21,981 nucleotides of DNA from Verrucomicrobiota bacterium (GCA_038214755.1 JBBQRQ010000084.1:1-21981); one strand, 5' to 3'. Positions 1 through 11,008 are shown, numbered from the stretch's first letter. Notes: generated by a model not told the origin, from the sequence alone. A program made the numbers and translations.

Positions 1-1021
<1,021 letters not shown>

Positions 1022-1022
1022 T

Positions 1023-1316
1023 TTAGTCGATGACCGCGAGGACATCATCGGAGTTCATGATTTTGTATTCCTTGCCATTGAGTTTGATTTCCGTGCCGCC
1101 GTATTTGCTGACGAGGACCCGATCGCCTTTTTTGACTTCGAATGGAACTTTTTTCCCATTGTCGTCAGTTTTTCCGGTGCCGAGGGCGATGACAATGCTT
1201 TCAGTTGGTTTTTCTTTCGCGGTATCAGGAATAATGATGCCGCCTTTTTTTGTTTCTTTCTCTTCGGCGGGTTCGACAAGAATCCGATCACCGAGAGGTT
1301 TTACATTTAGTGCCAT
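1023..1316 (-). CDS. groES: Co-chaperonin GroES
   Basis: [37 protein letters not shown]...[18 protein letters not shown]. The ATG at 1316 follows an A-rich leader and is preferred over 1364. Confidence 0.98.
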   Translation of the reverse strand: MALNVKPLGDRILVEPAEEKETKKGGIIIPDTAKEKPTESIVIALGTGKTDDNGKKVPFEVKKGDRVLVSKYGGTEIKLNGKEYKIMNSDDVLAVID

Positions 1317-1359
1317 ACGTTTTTTTCTTTTGTTGTTTTTGATTTGTTTTGAATCAAAT

Positions 1360-1380
1360 CCCACAGCACAGCGCTGCGGG
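1360..1380 (-). other. Intergenic hairpin upstream of groES (weak terminator or RNA stability element)
   Basis: Minus strand cccgcagc-gctgt-gctgtggg: 8-bp stem with one G:U pair, followed by atttgatt. Confidence 0.35.
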
Positions 1381-1386
1381 AAAATT

Positions 1387-1629
1387 TTAGTTAGAAGGCT
1401 TCATACGAGCTAACCATCCGTTTAGTCGTTCTTCACTAAGCGCGTCCGCATCAATATTTTGTTCTGGAAAACATCCGGACTCGCCCGCTTTTCGAATTTG
1501 AGCAAACTCGAAAATAGCCACTAACTTCTTCCCGTTAAAAAATCGGAGCGAATTTAAAGCTGCCCGCATATCAGTCGCGTTAATATGCTCGACCGAACCA
1601 CCCTTGAGAAAAACAGAATATTTTTTCAT
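1387..1629 (-). CDS. Hypothetical protein (~80 aa) between dnaK and groES
   Basis: ATG at 1629 gives [20 protein letters not shown]...WLARMKPSN. It is co-oriented with its neighbours, fills the gap and has protein-like composition. Confidence 0.6.
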   Translation of the reverse strand: MKKYSVFLKGGSVEHINATDMRAALNSLRFFNGKKLVAIFEFAQIRKAGESGCFPEQNIDADALSEERLNGWLARMKPSN

Positions 1630-1659
1630 GTAGAAATTCAAAAGTGATCAGATTGAAAC

Positions 1660-3597
1660 TTACTTCTTCTCATCGACGACTTCCGCATCAATGATGGGAC
1701 CTTCCTCGGATTTTGTTTCCGCCCCGGGTTGGCCGCCCGTCTCAGCGCCCGGTTGAGAACCAGCTTGTCCGGCCTTGGCCTTTTCCGAAGCGGCTTTGTA
1801 AAGGTCGGCTGAGACCGCTTGCCATGCTTCATTCAATTTCTCGCTTGCCGATTTAATCGCGCCGGCGTCGCTGCCTTTGAGCGCTTCCTTGACCTCGTTG
1901 ACTGCGGTTTCAATCTTGGTCTTATCGTCGCCGGAAATTTTATCGGCATTGTCCTTCAACATTTTTTCCGAGCGATAAACCGAGCTGTCCGCTTCGTTGC
2001 GCGCTTCAATTTCTTCCTTTTGCTGTTTATCTTCCTCGGCGTGCAACTCGGCGTCTTTGCGCATCTTCTCGATCTCATCTTTCGACAAGCCGCTGCTCGC
2101 TGTAATCGTTATTTTCTGTTGTTTGCCCGTGCCGAGGTCTTTTGCGCTGACATGCAAAATCCCGTTCGCATCGATATCGAATGTGACTTCGATTTGCGGC
2201 ACACCCCGAGGCGCGGGAGGTATATCGGTAAGATTAAATTTGCCAATCGTTTTGTTGTCTTTGGAGAATTGACGTTCGCCTTGCAACACATGAATTTCCA
2301 CGCCGGGTTGATTATCTGAAGCCGTTGAAAAAATTTCTGATTTGCGCGATGGAATCGTGGTGTTGCGCTCAATGAGTTTGGTAAAAACACCACCGAGGGT
2401 TTCAATGCCGAGCGACAACGGAGTCACATCGAGCAACAAAACATCTTTGACTTCGCCTTTAAGAACCCCGCCTTGGATGCCAGCGCCCACAGCGACAACT
2501 TCGTCCGGATTCACCCCTTGGTGAGGTGGTTTGTTGACAAGCTTGTGCGCGGTTTCCACCACCCGAGGCATACGCGTCATTCCACCGACAAGGACCAGTT
2601 CATCAATTTTGTCCGCAGCGATGTCCGCGTCTTTCAAGCAGTTTTTCACGGGGGGGACCGTGCGCTCGAAAAGCGAGTCGCAAAGTTGCTCCATTTTCGA
2701 GCGGGTCAACTTCAAACTGATATGTTTGGGTCCGCTCGCATCCGCGGTGATAAACGGCAGGTTGATATCGTATTGTTGGGAACTGGAGAGGGCAATTTTT
2801 GCTTTTTCAGCCTCTTCTTTAATTCGTTGCAAGGCGTCAGGCTGCTTGCGCAAATCCATCCCTTGCTCGCGCTTGAACTCGTCGAGAATCCAATCCATTA
2901 TCTTGTTATCCCAATCGTCGCCGCCCAAATGCGTATCGCCATTTGTGGCCTTGACCTCAAAAACGCCGTCGCCAATTTCGAGCACGGATATATCAAACGT
3001 GCCTCCCCCTAAATCGTAAACCGCGATTTTTTCGTCCTTTTTCTTGTCAAGTCCGTAAGCAAGAGAGGCGGCAGTGGGTTCATTAATAATGCGCAACACC
3101 TCTAAACCCGCAATTCTCCCGGCATCTTTTGTCGCTTGACGTTGTGAGTCGTTGAAATAAGCGGGAACAGTAATTACCGCTTGCGTAATTTTTTCTCCTA
3201 AGCGTGTCTCCGCGTCGGTTTTGAGTTTACCTAAAATCATCGCGGAAATTTCCGGAGGGGTAAATTGCTTGGGCTTGCCGTCGATTTCGACTTCGACTGC
3301 CGCGTCGCCATTAGTGGCGCGAACCACTTTGTACGGGACGCGTTTAATTTCTTCCTGAACCTCATCGAATTTGCGGCCCATAAATCGTTTGATGGAATAA
3401 ACCGTGTTCCGAGGATTCGTAACCGCTTGACGTTTGGCGGCGTCGCCCACGATTCGCTCTCCCGTTTTTGTGAAAGCCACCACGGAGGGGGTAGTCCTCT
3501 TTCCTTCTGAGTTTTCCAATACCATTGGCTCGCCTCCCTCCATAACGGCCATACAGGAATTTGTGGTTCCGAGGTCTATTCCAATAACTTTAGGCAT
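1660..3597 (-). CDS. dnaK: Molecular chaperone DnaK (Hsp70)
   Basis: [41 protein letters not shown] and [14 protein letters not shown] motifs. C-terminus is [11 protein letters not shown]. Confidence 0.99.
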   Translation of the reverse strand: MPKVIGIDLGTTNSCMAVMEGGEPMVLENSEGKRTTPSVVAFTKTGERIVGDAAKRQAVTNPRNTVYSIKRFMGRKFDEVQEEIKRVPYKVVRATNGDAAVEVEIDGKPKQFTPPEISAMILGKLKTDAETRLGEKITQAVITVPAYFNDSQRQATKDAGRIAGLEVLRIINEPTAASLAYGLDKKKDEKIAVYDLGGGTFDISVLEIGDGVFEVKATNGDTHLGGDDWDNKIMDWILDEFKREQGMDLRKQPDALQRIKEEAEKAKIALSSSQQYDINLPFITADASGPKHISLKLTRSKMEQLCDSLFERTVPPVKNCLKDADIAADKIDELVLVGGMTRMPRVVETAHKLVNKPPHQGVNPDEVVAVGAGIQGGVLKGEVKDVLLLDVTPLSLGIETLGGVFTKLIERNTTIPSRKSEIFSTASDNQPGVEIHVLQGERQFSKDNKTIGKFNLTDIPPAPRGVPQIEVTFDIDANGILHVSAKDLGTGKQQKITITASSGLSKDEIEKMRKDAELHAEEDKQQKEEIEARNEADSSVYRSEKMLKDNADKISGDDKTKIETAVNEVKEALKGSDAGAIKSASEKLNEAWQAVSADLYKAASEKAKAGQAGSQPGAETGGQPGAETKSEEGPIIDAEVVDEKK

Positions 3598-3668
3598 AAA
3601 ATGGATTGTGTTTAAAAATTATAAATAGGTTCAAAACGATTTGATCTTTGAAGGCACATGAACCCTTA

Positions 3669-3684
3669 AGCAACCACAATGCCA
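3669..3684 (-). promoter_or_regulatory. Sigma54 (RpoN) -24/-12 promoter of the dnaK operon
   Basis: Minus strand TGGCAttgtggTTGCT fits TGGCAC-N5-TTGCW with exact GG-N10-GC spacing. It lies about 70 bp upstream of the dnaK ATG. Confidence 0.75.
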
Positions 3685-3713
3685 CCGATCGTGCGATCTG
3701 CTATGGTATTGGT

Positions 3714-3726
3714 AATAAATCAGTTA
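3714..3726 (+). promoter_or_regulatory. IHF-like binding site
   Basis: AATAAATCAGTTA versus WATCAANNNNTTR (one mismatch). It lies just upstream of the sigma54 element, where IHF sites typically occur. Confidence 0.4.
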
Positions 3727-3783
3727 CGTGTTAAAAATCCAAAGACCATTAGCGACAAAAAGTCTCTCTGTCCATTAGGCAAG

Positions 3784-5673
3784 TTAGTTCTGTCTCACGC
3801 ATTGAGATTGGGTGTCTCCGCGTTTCAGCCAAACCAAAAGCAGGCTGATATCTGAAGGAGACACACCTGAAATTCTCGAGGCTTGTCCCAAAGTTGTAGG
3901 ACGAATTTTATTCAGTTTCTGGCGAGCTTCGGATCGAAGGCTAATGATCAATGAGTAATCAAACGAATGAGGGATTTGTTTCTCTTCCAATCCCTTTGAC
4001 TTTGCCACTTCGACCTCTTGGCGATCAATATAGCCAGCATATTTAATAGTAATTTCGACTTGCTCTTTAATTTCCGCCGAAAGAGAATTGTTTTTCTGCG
4101 GTAATTCCTCGTAAGAAACTTGTGGCCGTCGCAGAATTTGAAGCAGAGATTCGGAACCGTGCCGAGTGGTAGCCAAGCGGTGCAATTCGAGTTCGAGGCT
4201 GTTTTTTTTTCCTGTAAATTTAACGTAATTTCGTTTTGGCAATAGGCCGGCGTTAAAACCAATTTCACTCAGCCGAAGATCGGCGTTATCCTGACGCAAC
4301 AACAAGCGATATTCCGCTCGGGAGGTAAACATCCGATAGGGTTCAACCGTTCCTTTAGTCACCAGGTCGTCGATCAAGACCCCAATATAACCTTCATCAC
4401 GACCGAGAATGAGCGGCTGCAAACCCGCGACTCGACGGGCAGCATTTATTCCGGCGATCAATCCTTGTGCCCCGGCTTCTTCGTAGCCCGACGTGCCATT
4501 GATTTGCCCCGCCAAGTATAAGTTCTCACAGACTTTCGTTTCTAAGGAAGGATACAATTGCGTTGGGAAGGCGAAATCATATTCGACGGCGTAGGCTGGA
4601 CGGATAATGTCAGCGTTTTCGCACCCTAGGATGGTTCGGATCATTTCAATTTGCACCTCGAATGGAAGCGATGTGGAAAACCCGTTGACATAAATCTCGT
4701 CTGTGGCGATTCCTTCCGGCTCCAGAAAGATCTGGTGTCTTTCCTTTTCGGCGAAACGAACCATCTTATCTTCGATAGATGGGCAGTAACGCGGACCGAT
4801 ACCTTCAATCATTCCGCTATACATTGGAGATCGATGCAAGTTTTCCCGAATTATGGAGGCTGTTTTTGCTGTTGTGTAAGTTAAAAAACAGGGCATCTGG
4901 CCATTTATTTTTTCGAGAATTGACCCGGTCGGAAAGTGAGAAACCGCCGAGATTTGTTCCACGTGGAACAAATCGTCTTTCCAAAATGTGAAATATGGAA
5001 TTGGTATATCGCCTGGTTGCGCTTCCATCCTCGAAAAATCGATGGAGCGTTTGGCCAATCGCGGTGGAGTTCCAGTTTTTAATCGCCCCAGTTCCAGCCC
5101 GATTTCTTGGAGAGAGGCGGAGAGATCCATCGCTGCGGGTTCGCCGGCCCGCCCCCCCGATTGCCGGTTCGAACCGACGTGCATTAATCCACGTAGAAAA
5201 GTTCCGGTAGTGACAACAACGGTTCTCGCGTGGAATTGAACCTCCTGCGTTGTTTCTACGCCAAAAACTTGACCCTCCTTGTACAATAGTTTCCCAGTCT
5301 GTCCTTGCTTAATATCCAAATGTTCCTGGCGTTCACAGACCCATTTCAACCGAAACTGATACGCTTTCTTATCACATTGTGCCCGGGGTGCCCAAACTGC
5401 GGGACCCTTCCTTTTGTTTAACATCCGAAATTGCAAGCCCGAAAGATCAGTGGCCTTGCCCATTTCGCCGCCCAGCGCGTCAATCTCCCGCGCTAAATGC
5501 CCCTTGGCGAGCCCGCCGATAGCGGGGTTGCACGACATTTGTCCGATGGTATCGGCGTTAATCGTTAGCAATAACGTTTCACAACCGATTCGCGAAGCGG
5601 CCAACGCCGCCTCAACCCCCGCGTGACCTGCCCCGACGACGATCACGTCATATTTTTTTGGAAAAACAAACAT
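3784..5673 (-). CDS. mnmG: tRNA uridine-5-carboxymethylaminomethyl(34) synthesis enzyme MnmG (GidA)
   Basis: YDVIVVGAGHAGVEAA, MSCNPAIGG, RLKTGTPPRL, GPRYCPSIEDK, AGQINGTSGYEEA, YRMFTSRAEYRL and ASRISGVSPSD motifs. Confidence 0.99.
   Translation of the reverse strand: MFVFPKKYDVIVVGAGHAGVEAALAASRIGCETLLLTINADTIGQMSCNPAIGGLAKGHLAREIDALGGEMGKATDLSGLQFRMLNKRKGPAVWAPRAQCDKKAYQFRLKWVCERQEHLDIKQGQTGKLLYKEGQVFGVETTQEVQFHARTVVVTTGTFLRGLMHVGSNRQSGGRAGEPAAMDLSASLQEIGLELGRLKTGTPPRLAKRSIDFSRMEAQPGDIPIPYFTFWKDDLFHVEQISAVSHFPTGSILEKINGQMPCFLTYTTAKTASIIRENLHRSPMYSGMIEGIGPRYCPSIEDKMVRFAEKERHQIFLEPEGIATDEIYVNGFSTSLPFEVQIEMIRTILGCENADIIRPAYAVEYDFAFPTQLYPSLETKVCENLYLAGQINGTSGYEEAGAQGLIAGINAARRVAGLQPLILGRDEGYIGVLIDDLVTKGTVEPYRMFTSRAEYRLLLRQDNADLRLSEIGFNAGLLPKRNYVKFTGKKNSLELELHRLATTRHGSESLLQILRRPQVSYEELPQKNNSLSAEIKEQVEITIKYAGYIDRQEVEVAKSKGLEEKQIPHSFDYSLIISLRSEARQKLNKIRPTTLGQASRISGVSPSDISLLLVWLKRGDTQSQCVRQN
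4951..4974. other. parS centromere site inside mnmG
   Basis: TGTTCCACGTGGAACA at 4955-4970 matches the parS consensus. It sits within the perfect 24-bp palindrome GATTTGTTCCACGTGGAACAAATC. Confidence 0.9.
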
Positions 5674-5682
5674 AGTCGGAAT

Positions 5683-7266
5683 TTAGACAGCTGAATATTT
5701 TGCTGTAAACGGCGAATCTTCACAGCTGTTTTGTAGCCGGCCGTTGGCAGCAAGGTAGGCGCAGATTTTGAAAATTGTTTCCACATCATCTTCTCCTATC
5801 GCAGATGCAATTTCGTCTATGTCATTGGCTTGGAGGGCGGATCGCGTTAAATAATTCAAGGTCTTTAACTGAAGCTCCAGGATTCTCGCAGCGGCCGTCT
5901 TGCCTGCCTCCACCCCCGGTTGGTGGTAAGCATTGACATCAACCAGCGAGGCGTAAAATCCAACGGCTCTTTCAAAAAGCGCTATCAAAACCCCAACTGA
6001 AAAAGGCGAGACTTTCTCGATGGTAAGCGTGACTGATTCGCGACCCTTTTCATGAAGAGCGCGCCGCGTCCCTAATAAAAATCCTTCCAGAAAATCCCCC
6101 GAAGTGACTTTCGGCTCGACATGCGTAGCGACCTTGACGCCATCTTGCAGGACTTCTATGAAAGTCACAAAAAAATTATTCAATCCATCTCTCAGTTGCT
6201 GGATATAAGCATGCTGATCAGTGGACCCTTTGTTTCCATAGACTGCGAGACCTTGATGAACCAAATTACCATGCCGATCTTTTTCCTTACCCAGTGATTC
6301 CATAATTAGTTGCTGCAAATACTTGGAAAATAGTTCCAATCGGTCTTTATACGGCAAAATAACCATATCTTTGGTTCCTTTACCGTTACCGGACCAAAAC
6401 CACATTAACGCCAATTTTGCTGCCGGATTCTTGGTGACATCGCTGATTCGGGTAATCATATCGCATTCTCTCGCTCCCGTCAGTAATTCCGCAATGTCAA
6501 AGCCCTGCAATGCTGCGGGTAAGAGACCCACAGCCGAAAGCACACTCGTCCGACCACCTACCCAGTCCCACATCGGGAACCGTGCAAGCCAATGGCCTTC
6601 TAGTGCCACGTTGTCCAACGCACTTCCTTTAGCAGTAATAGCGACAGAATGACTCTCAAAGTGAAAGTTTAGTTTCCGATACAAAGCTCTCGTTTCCAAC
6701 ATCCCGTTCCTGGTCTCTGGTGTCGCGCCTGATTTCGAAATTACCAAGCAAAGAGTAGAGTCCATATGAGGGATGGTTGAAAACACGCGATCCATACCAT
6801 CCGGATCTGTGTTGTCAATAAAACGAATGCCCATCTTGTCTTTTCTTGGATGGCCCAGCGCCGCGGATACAAATTGCGGTCCCAACGCAGATCCCCCAAT
6901 TCCAATCACCAGCAAATGTGTGAAAACACCGCCTTGGCCTCGAATAACTCCTTGATGGATTTTCTCTACGAAAGTTTTGATCTCGGCCAAAGTCTCTTCT
7001 ATCTCCATTTTAATATTCTGCGTGGGAGCCAACGAAGGATCTCTCAGCCAGTAATGTCCGACCATGCGATTCTCATCGGGATTGGCAATTGCGCCACGCT
7101 CCAATTCGTGCATCGCTACAAACGCTTTCTGAATTCGCGGTTCCATTTTCAGTAAGAAGTCTTCCGGGAAATTCATCCGAGAAATATCTAGCGCAAGTCC
7201 AATGGATGGATATTCAGAATAATAATTTTGAAAACGTTTCCATTGTTTTTGTGGGGTTGATTTCAT
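5683..7266 (-). CDS. pgi: Glucose-6-phosphate isomerase
   Basis: [46 protein letters not shown] and QPGVEAGK motifs. Confidence 0.98.
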   Translation of the reverse strand: MKSTPQKQWKRFQNYYSEYPSIGLALDISRMNFPEDFLLKMEPRIQKAFVAMHELERGAIANPDENRMVGHYWLRDPSLAPTQNIKMEIEETLAEIKTFVEKIHQGVIRGQGGVFTHLLVIGIGGSALGPQFVSAALGHPRKDKMGIRFIDNTDPDGMDRVFSTIPHMDSTLCLVISKSGATPETRNGMLETRALYRKLNFHFESHSVAITAKGSALDNVALEGHWLARFPMWDWVGGRTSVLSAVGLLPAALQGFDIAELLTGARECDMITRISDVTKNPAAKLALMWFWSGNGKGTKDMVILPYKDRLELFSKYLQQLIMESLGKEKDRHGNLVHQGLAVYGNKGSTDQHAYIQQLRDGLNNFFVTFIEVLQDGVKVATHVEPKVTSGDFLEGFLLGTRRALHEKGRESVTLTIEKVSPFSVGVLIALFERAVGFYASLVDVNAYHQPGVEAGKTAAARILELQLKTLNYLTRSALQANDIDEIASAIGEDDVETIFKICAYLAANGRLQNSCEDSPFTAKYSAV

Positions 7267-7288
7267 AATTATTTTTCGCGAGAAAACG

Positions 7289-7316
7289 TTGCCAAAGAAA
7301 ATCCACCTTTTACAGT
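7289..7316 (+). promoter_or_regulatory. Putative sigma70-type promoter for xylA
   Basis: TTGCCA-N16-TACAGT in the 73-bp divergent pgi/xylA spacer. Confidence 0.35.
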
Positions 7317-7339
7317 TTTAACCTCAAAATTTTTCACCG

Positions 7340-8650
7340 ATGGTTGCCTTCCCACAAATTACGAAAATTTCATTTGAAGGAACACACTCCAAAAAACCGC
7401 TCGCATTCAAACATTACAATGCCGAAGAAATCGTTGAGGGAAAAACGATGCGCGACCACCTGCGTTTTTCCGTCGTGTACTGGCACACCTTTCGTGGGCG
7501 CGGTGTGGATGTGTTCGGTGCGGGCACGATGCTACGTCCGTGGGATGATGGAACGGAATCAGTGCGGAACGCGCAAAATCGTGTGCGAGCCGCGTTTGAA
7601 TTCATCGAAAAACTCGGCGCGCCTTTTTACGCCTTTCATGATCGCGATGTTGCGCCTGAAGGAAAAACCTTGCGCGAATCAAATAAAAATTTGGACGCCA
7701 TCGTAAAAGTTTTCCGAGAAGAACAATCGCGCACCGGCATTGCACTTCTTTGGGGCACGGCGAATTTATTTTCCAATCCACGTTACATGCACGGCGCGGC
7801 GACCAGTCCGAACGCGGATGTATTTGCCTTCGCGGCGGCGCAGGTGAAAAAGGCGATTGAAGTCACGCACGAACTCGGCGGTGCAGGTTACGTTTTCTGG
7901 GGGGGGCGCGAAGGTTATTCCACTTTGCTCAACACCAACTTGAAACGGGAGTTGGATCACCTCGCGAAATTTCTGCACATGGCCGTCGATTACAAAAAGA
8001 AGATTGGATTCAGAGGGCAGTTTTACATCGAGCCTAAACCGAAAGAGCCGACGAAACATCAATACGATTCCGACGCCGCAGCGTGTTTAAATTTTCTCCG
8101 TGAATACGATTTGAAAGATCATCTCAAGCTGAACCTCGAAACCAACCACGCCACACTCGCCGGCCACACGATGGAACACGAACTCGAAGTCGCCGCTGCG
8201 GCGGACGCGCTCGGTTCCATCGACGCGAACACGGGCGACATGACGCTCGGTTGGGATACCGACCAATTTCCGACCGACATTTATCTTACGACAAAATGTA
8301 TGCTCACGATTTTGAATGCGGGCGGATTGAAAACCGGAGGCGTGAATTTCGACGCGAAAGTGCGACGCGAAAGTTTTGAGCCGATTGATCTCTTCTACGC
8401 GCACATCGGCGGGATGGACTCTTTCGCGCGCGGATTAAAAATCGCCGCGGCCATTCGCAAAGATGGTCGCTTAGCCGAATTCGTGAAACAACGTTACGCT
8501 TCGTGGGATTTCGGCATCGGTGCGCAAATCGAAAAGGGCAAAGCAAATTTTGCCGACTTGGAAAAATACATCTCCAAAAAAGGCGAAGCCGCGCCGAATC
8601 AAAGTGGCCGCCAGGAATTTTTGGAAAATTTGATTAACGAATTTATTTAA
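7340..8650 (+). CDS. xylA: Xylose isomerase (class II)
   Basis: [54 protein letters not shown] and NFDAKVRR motifs. Confidence 0.99.
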   Translation: MVAFPQITKISFEGTHSKKPLAFKHYNAEEIVEGKTMRDHLRFSVVYWHTFRGRGVDVFGAGTMLRPWDDGTESVRNAQNRVRAAFEFIEKLGAPFYAFHDRDVAPEGKTLRESNKNLDAIVKVFREEQSRTGIALLWGTANLFSNPRYMHGAATSPNADVFAFAAAQVKKAIEVTHELGGAGYVFWGGREGYSTLLNTNLKRELDHLAKFLHMAVDYKKKIGFRGQFYIEPKPKEPTKHQYDSDAAACLNFLREYDLKDHLKLNLETNHATLAGHTMEHELEVAAAADALGSIDANTGDMTLGWDTDQFPTDIYLTTKCMLTILNAGGLKTGGVNFDAKVRRESFEPIDLFYAHIGGMDSFARGLKIAAAIRKDGRLAEFVKQRYASWDFGIGAQIEKGKANFADLEKYISKKGEAAPNQSGRQEFLENLINEFI

Positions 8651-8703
8651 CCAAAATTAATTTGTGATTGAAAACAGACGGCGTGTTGTTATTTTTTAAT
8701 GCA

Positions 8704-8886
8704 ATGAATGCAATCGCTTCGCCAATCCGGAAAAAAAAGTTTTCCCAGGAAAGTCTTGAAGCAGCGGACCGCCTTCTCAAAGCAGCGAAAGAAAAACTAT
8801 TGCGCGAGAATGGGTCAATTGATTACGACGCGCTGCGGCAAAAGGGCTACAGCGACACGATGATCGGGCGACTGAAAAAACTTTGA
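8704..8886 (+). CDS. Small basic hypothetical protein (60 aa)
   Basis: MNAIASPIRKKKFSQESLEAADRLLKAAKEKLLRENGSIDYDALRQKGYSDTMIGRLKKL, helical-looking. It is preceded by TTGAAA-N16-TATTTT with an extended -10 TG at 8668-8695. Confidence 0.6.
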   Translation: MNAIASPIRKKKFSQESLEAADRLLKAAKEKLLRENGSIDYDALRQKGYSDTMIGRLKKL

Positions 8887-8887
8887 T

Positions 8888-9087
8888 TCATTCATTTTTC
8901 CGCAGCCGCATAAATTCACTCACGGAAATATCAAGCAGTGGCGCGTATTCGCGGGCAACTTTCAGAGCTTCTGATGTCTCAAACAACCGCTGACACTGCG
9001 GACGATCTCAGTGATGTTCATCCCGCTTTCTTTCGCGAATAAAACCACCTCTTCAGGTGACGCCCAAGGTAATGAAGATTCATCCAT
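8888..9087 (-). pseudogene. Frameshifted small hypothetical gene (~66 aa if repaired)
   Basis: ATG at 9087 reads MDESSLPWASPEEVVLFAKESGMNITEIVRSVSGCLRH, then QKL-stop. Adding one base near 8975 continues as SEALKVAREYAPLLDISVSEFMRLRKNE-TGA (8890-8888). Confidence 0.5.
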
Positions 9088-9200
9088 AACTTAAAACCCA
9101 TTTCTGACGATTCGCTGATTCCTGTGCTTGGGAAAAATATTTTTCATCTCTGGCCGTAGAACAGCGTTCAGATGCCTTGTCAACCCACAATTTAGAACTT

Positions 9201-10919
9201 CTATCCCGCTGGAAGCTCAATGCAGACCCTTGTTCCCCGCCCTACAGAGGAGCGAATGCTCACTTTTCCCCGATGCGTTTCCACCACCCGTATGACCAGC
9301 GCCAATCCCAATCCGGTTCCTTGCGGTTTCGTCGTGCTCAATAACGAACTGAACGCGCGTTTCTGCTGTTGCCGCGACATTCCTTCGCCAGTGTCTTTGA
9401 ATTCTACGAGTAATTTTTTCGCGTCATTCTCACGGCTCAATCGTGAAACAATCGTCAGCTTCCCGCCGCTCGGCATTGCTTCCGCTGCATTTAAAGTGAG
9501 GTTGAGAAAAACCTGGGCGAGTTGCGCGGCGTCGCCTTGCACAAGCGGCAGATTCGGCGTGAGCCGTCGCACAAATTCCACGTTTTGATTCCGCAATTTA
9601 TGGCGCACCAGCAGCGCAAGATCATCAAGCAATTGATTCACATCCACTGGCAAAAAACTCGGTTCCGTCGTGCGCGCGAAATTCAGAATCTGTCCGACGA
9701 TTTTGTTTAAGTGCTCCATTTTTTCGCCCATGATTTTCGCGTCGCGCGCGCGCGGGTCCTTCGCGGGAAATTTCAAGTCGAGGGAATGAAACATCATTTT
9801 CATCACGGTGAGAGGGTTGCGAATTTCGTGCGCCACTTCCGCCGCGAGCAGACCAATTGCCGAAAGTTTTTCGTTCTGCCGCAATTCTTCCTCCACGTTG
9901 ATGATGTGTTCGTAGAGCCGCGCTTTTTCAATGGCGGGACCGGAAAGTTCCGCGAGCGCGGAAAGAATCCGAATTTCTTCATTGGAAAAACTGTGCACCT
10001 GCGCTTTGTAAACATTGACGGTGCCAATGGCTTCCCCGGCAAAAAGCAGCGGAACACTGAGCAACGAGATCAAACTCTCACGCCGCGCCACTTCGACATT
10101 TTGGTAGCGGCTAGAAGTTTGCACGTTGTCGATTTGCAGCGGCTTTTTCCGGCGCACCACCGTGCCGGACAAACTCTCGGCCATGCTCAGTCGCGGTTTG
10201 TTGATGTAATCCTTTCCCGCGCCAAAACTGGCCCGCAAATCAAGCCACTCGCCGGTTTCATCCACCATCAAGAGCGAACACATTTTCGCGCCCATCAAAT
10301 GACAGGCTTCGCGCGTAATGACCTGCAACGCTTCATCCAGGTTGAGAGCGGAATTGATCGTTTGCCCGACACGCACCAGCGTCTCAAATAAACCGGCTTT
10401 GACGCGCAGCCGTTCGTAGAGCCAGGTGTTGTGAATGACTTTTGCGGCTTGAGCAGCGAGCGCCTGCAACAGTTCCTGATCACTTTCGCCGAAAGCAAAT
10501 TTACGATTTGAATCCACGTTCAAAACGCCGCGCACCTCGCCCGCCACTTCGAGTGGCACGGCCAGTTCGGAGCGCACGTTGGGTTTGAGCATCACGTAGC
10601 GGGAGTCTTTGACGACATCGCCGACGCGCGCAGGCTTTCCTGACCGCGCGACCCAGCCGGTGATTCCTTCGCCGACGCGCAATTTTATTTTTTTTGCATT
10701 TTCCACCAACCCGATCGCCGCGTGAATTTCCAAAAAGCCCGTCGTGGGATTGATGAGAATGATCGAGCCACTGGAGGCTCGCATCACCCGGACCGCCTCG
10801 CGAAGAATCAATTGAAGCGCCTCCTGCGAATCGAGCGTCGAGTGAATCACGTTGCTGACCTGAAACAAAAGTTCCAGCCGCTCGTATCTTGTTTTTAAGT
10901 CAGCCAACTCGTCGCTCAT
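9201..10919 (-). CDS. Cytoplasmic sensor histidine kinase with two GAF domains (GAF-GAF-HisKA-HATPase)
   Basis: Two GAF-like repeats (RSELAVPL..GVLNVD; SLLSVPL..GTVNVY). H-box AHEIRNPL, N-box QVFLNLTLNAAEAM, DTGEGM and TTKPQGTGLGL. No transmembrane segment is apparent. Confidence 0.95.
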   Translation of the reverse strand: MSDELADLKTRYERLELLFQVSNVIHSTLDSQEALQLILREAVRVMRASSGSIILINPTTGFLEIHAAIGLVENAKKIKLRVGEGITGWVARSGKPARVGDVVKDSRYVMLKPNVRSELAVPLEVAGEVRGVLNVDSNRKFAFGESDQELLQALAAQAAKVIHNTWLYERLRVKAGLFETLVRVGQTINSALNLDEALQVITREACHLMGAKMCSLLMVDETGEWLDLRASFGAGKDYINKPRLSMAESLSGTVVRRKKPLQIDNVQTSSRYQNVEVARRESLISLLSVPLLFAGEAIGTVNVYKAQVHSFSNEEIRILSALAELSGPAIEKARLYEHIINVEEELRQNEKLSAIGLLAAEVAHEIRNPLTVMKMMFHSLDLKFPAKDPRARDAKIMGEKMEHLNKIVGQILNFARTTEPSFLPVDVNQLLDDLALLVRHKLRNQNVEFVRRLTPNLPLVQGDAAQLAQVFLNLTLNAAEAMPSGGKLTIVSRLSRENDAKKLLVEFKDTGEGMSRQQQKRAFSSLLSTTKPQGTGLGLALVIRVVETHRGKVSIRSSVGRGTRVCIELPAG

Positions 10920-11008
10920 TCGGTAGCGAGGAAGATGCGGAGAGAGAGCGAAAATTCAAACCAAGAAAGAATGTCCGAAGGAGAAAGGCAGGTGGCGAAC
11001 GATTGTAA

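Noticed and set aside
1317..1386. Possible CIRCE/HrcA operator upstream of groES (also sought at 3598-3783)
   Set aside because: No TTAGCACTC-N9-GAGTGCTAA-like inverted repeat was found.
1710..1757. QPGAET duplication in the DnaK tail (and EEKKA repeats in the GldG-like protein near 12775-12815)
   Set aside because: Ordinary low-complexity linker duplications.
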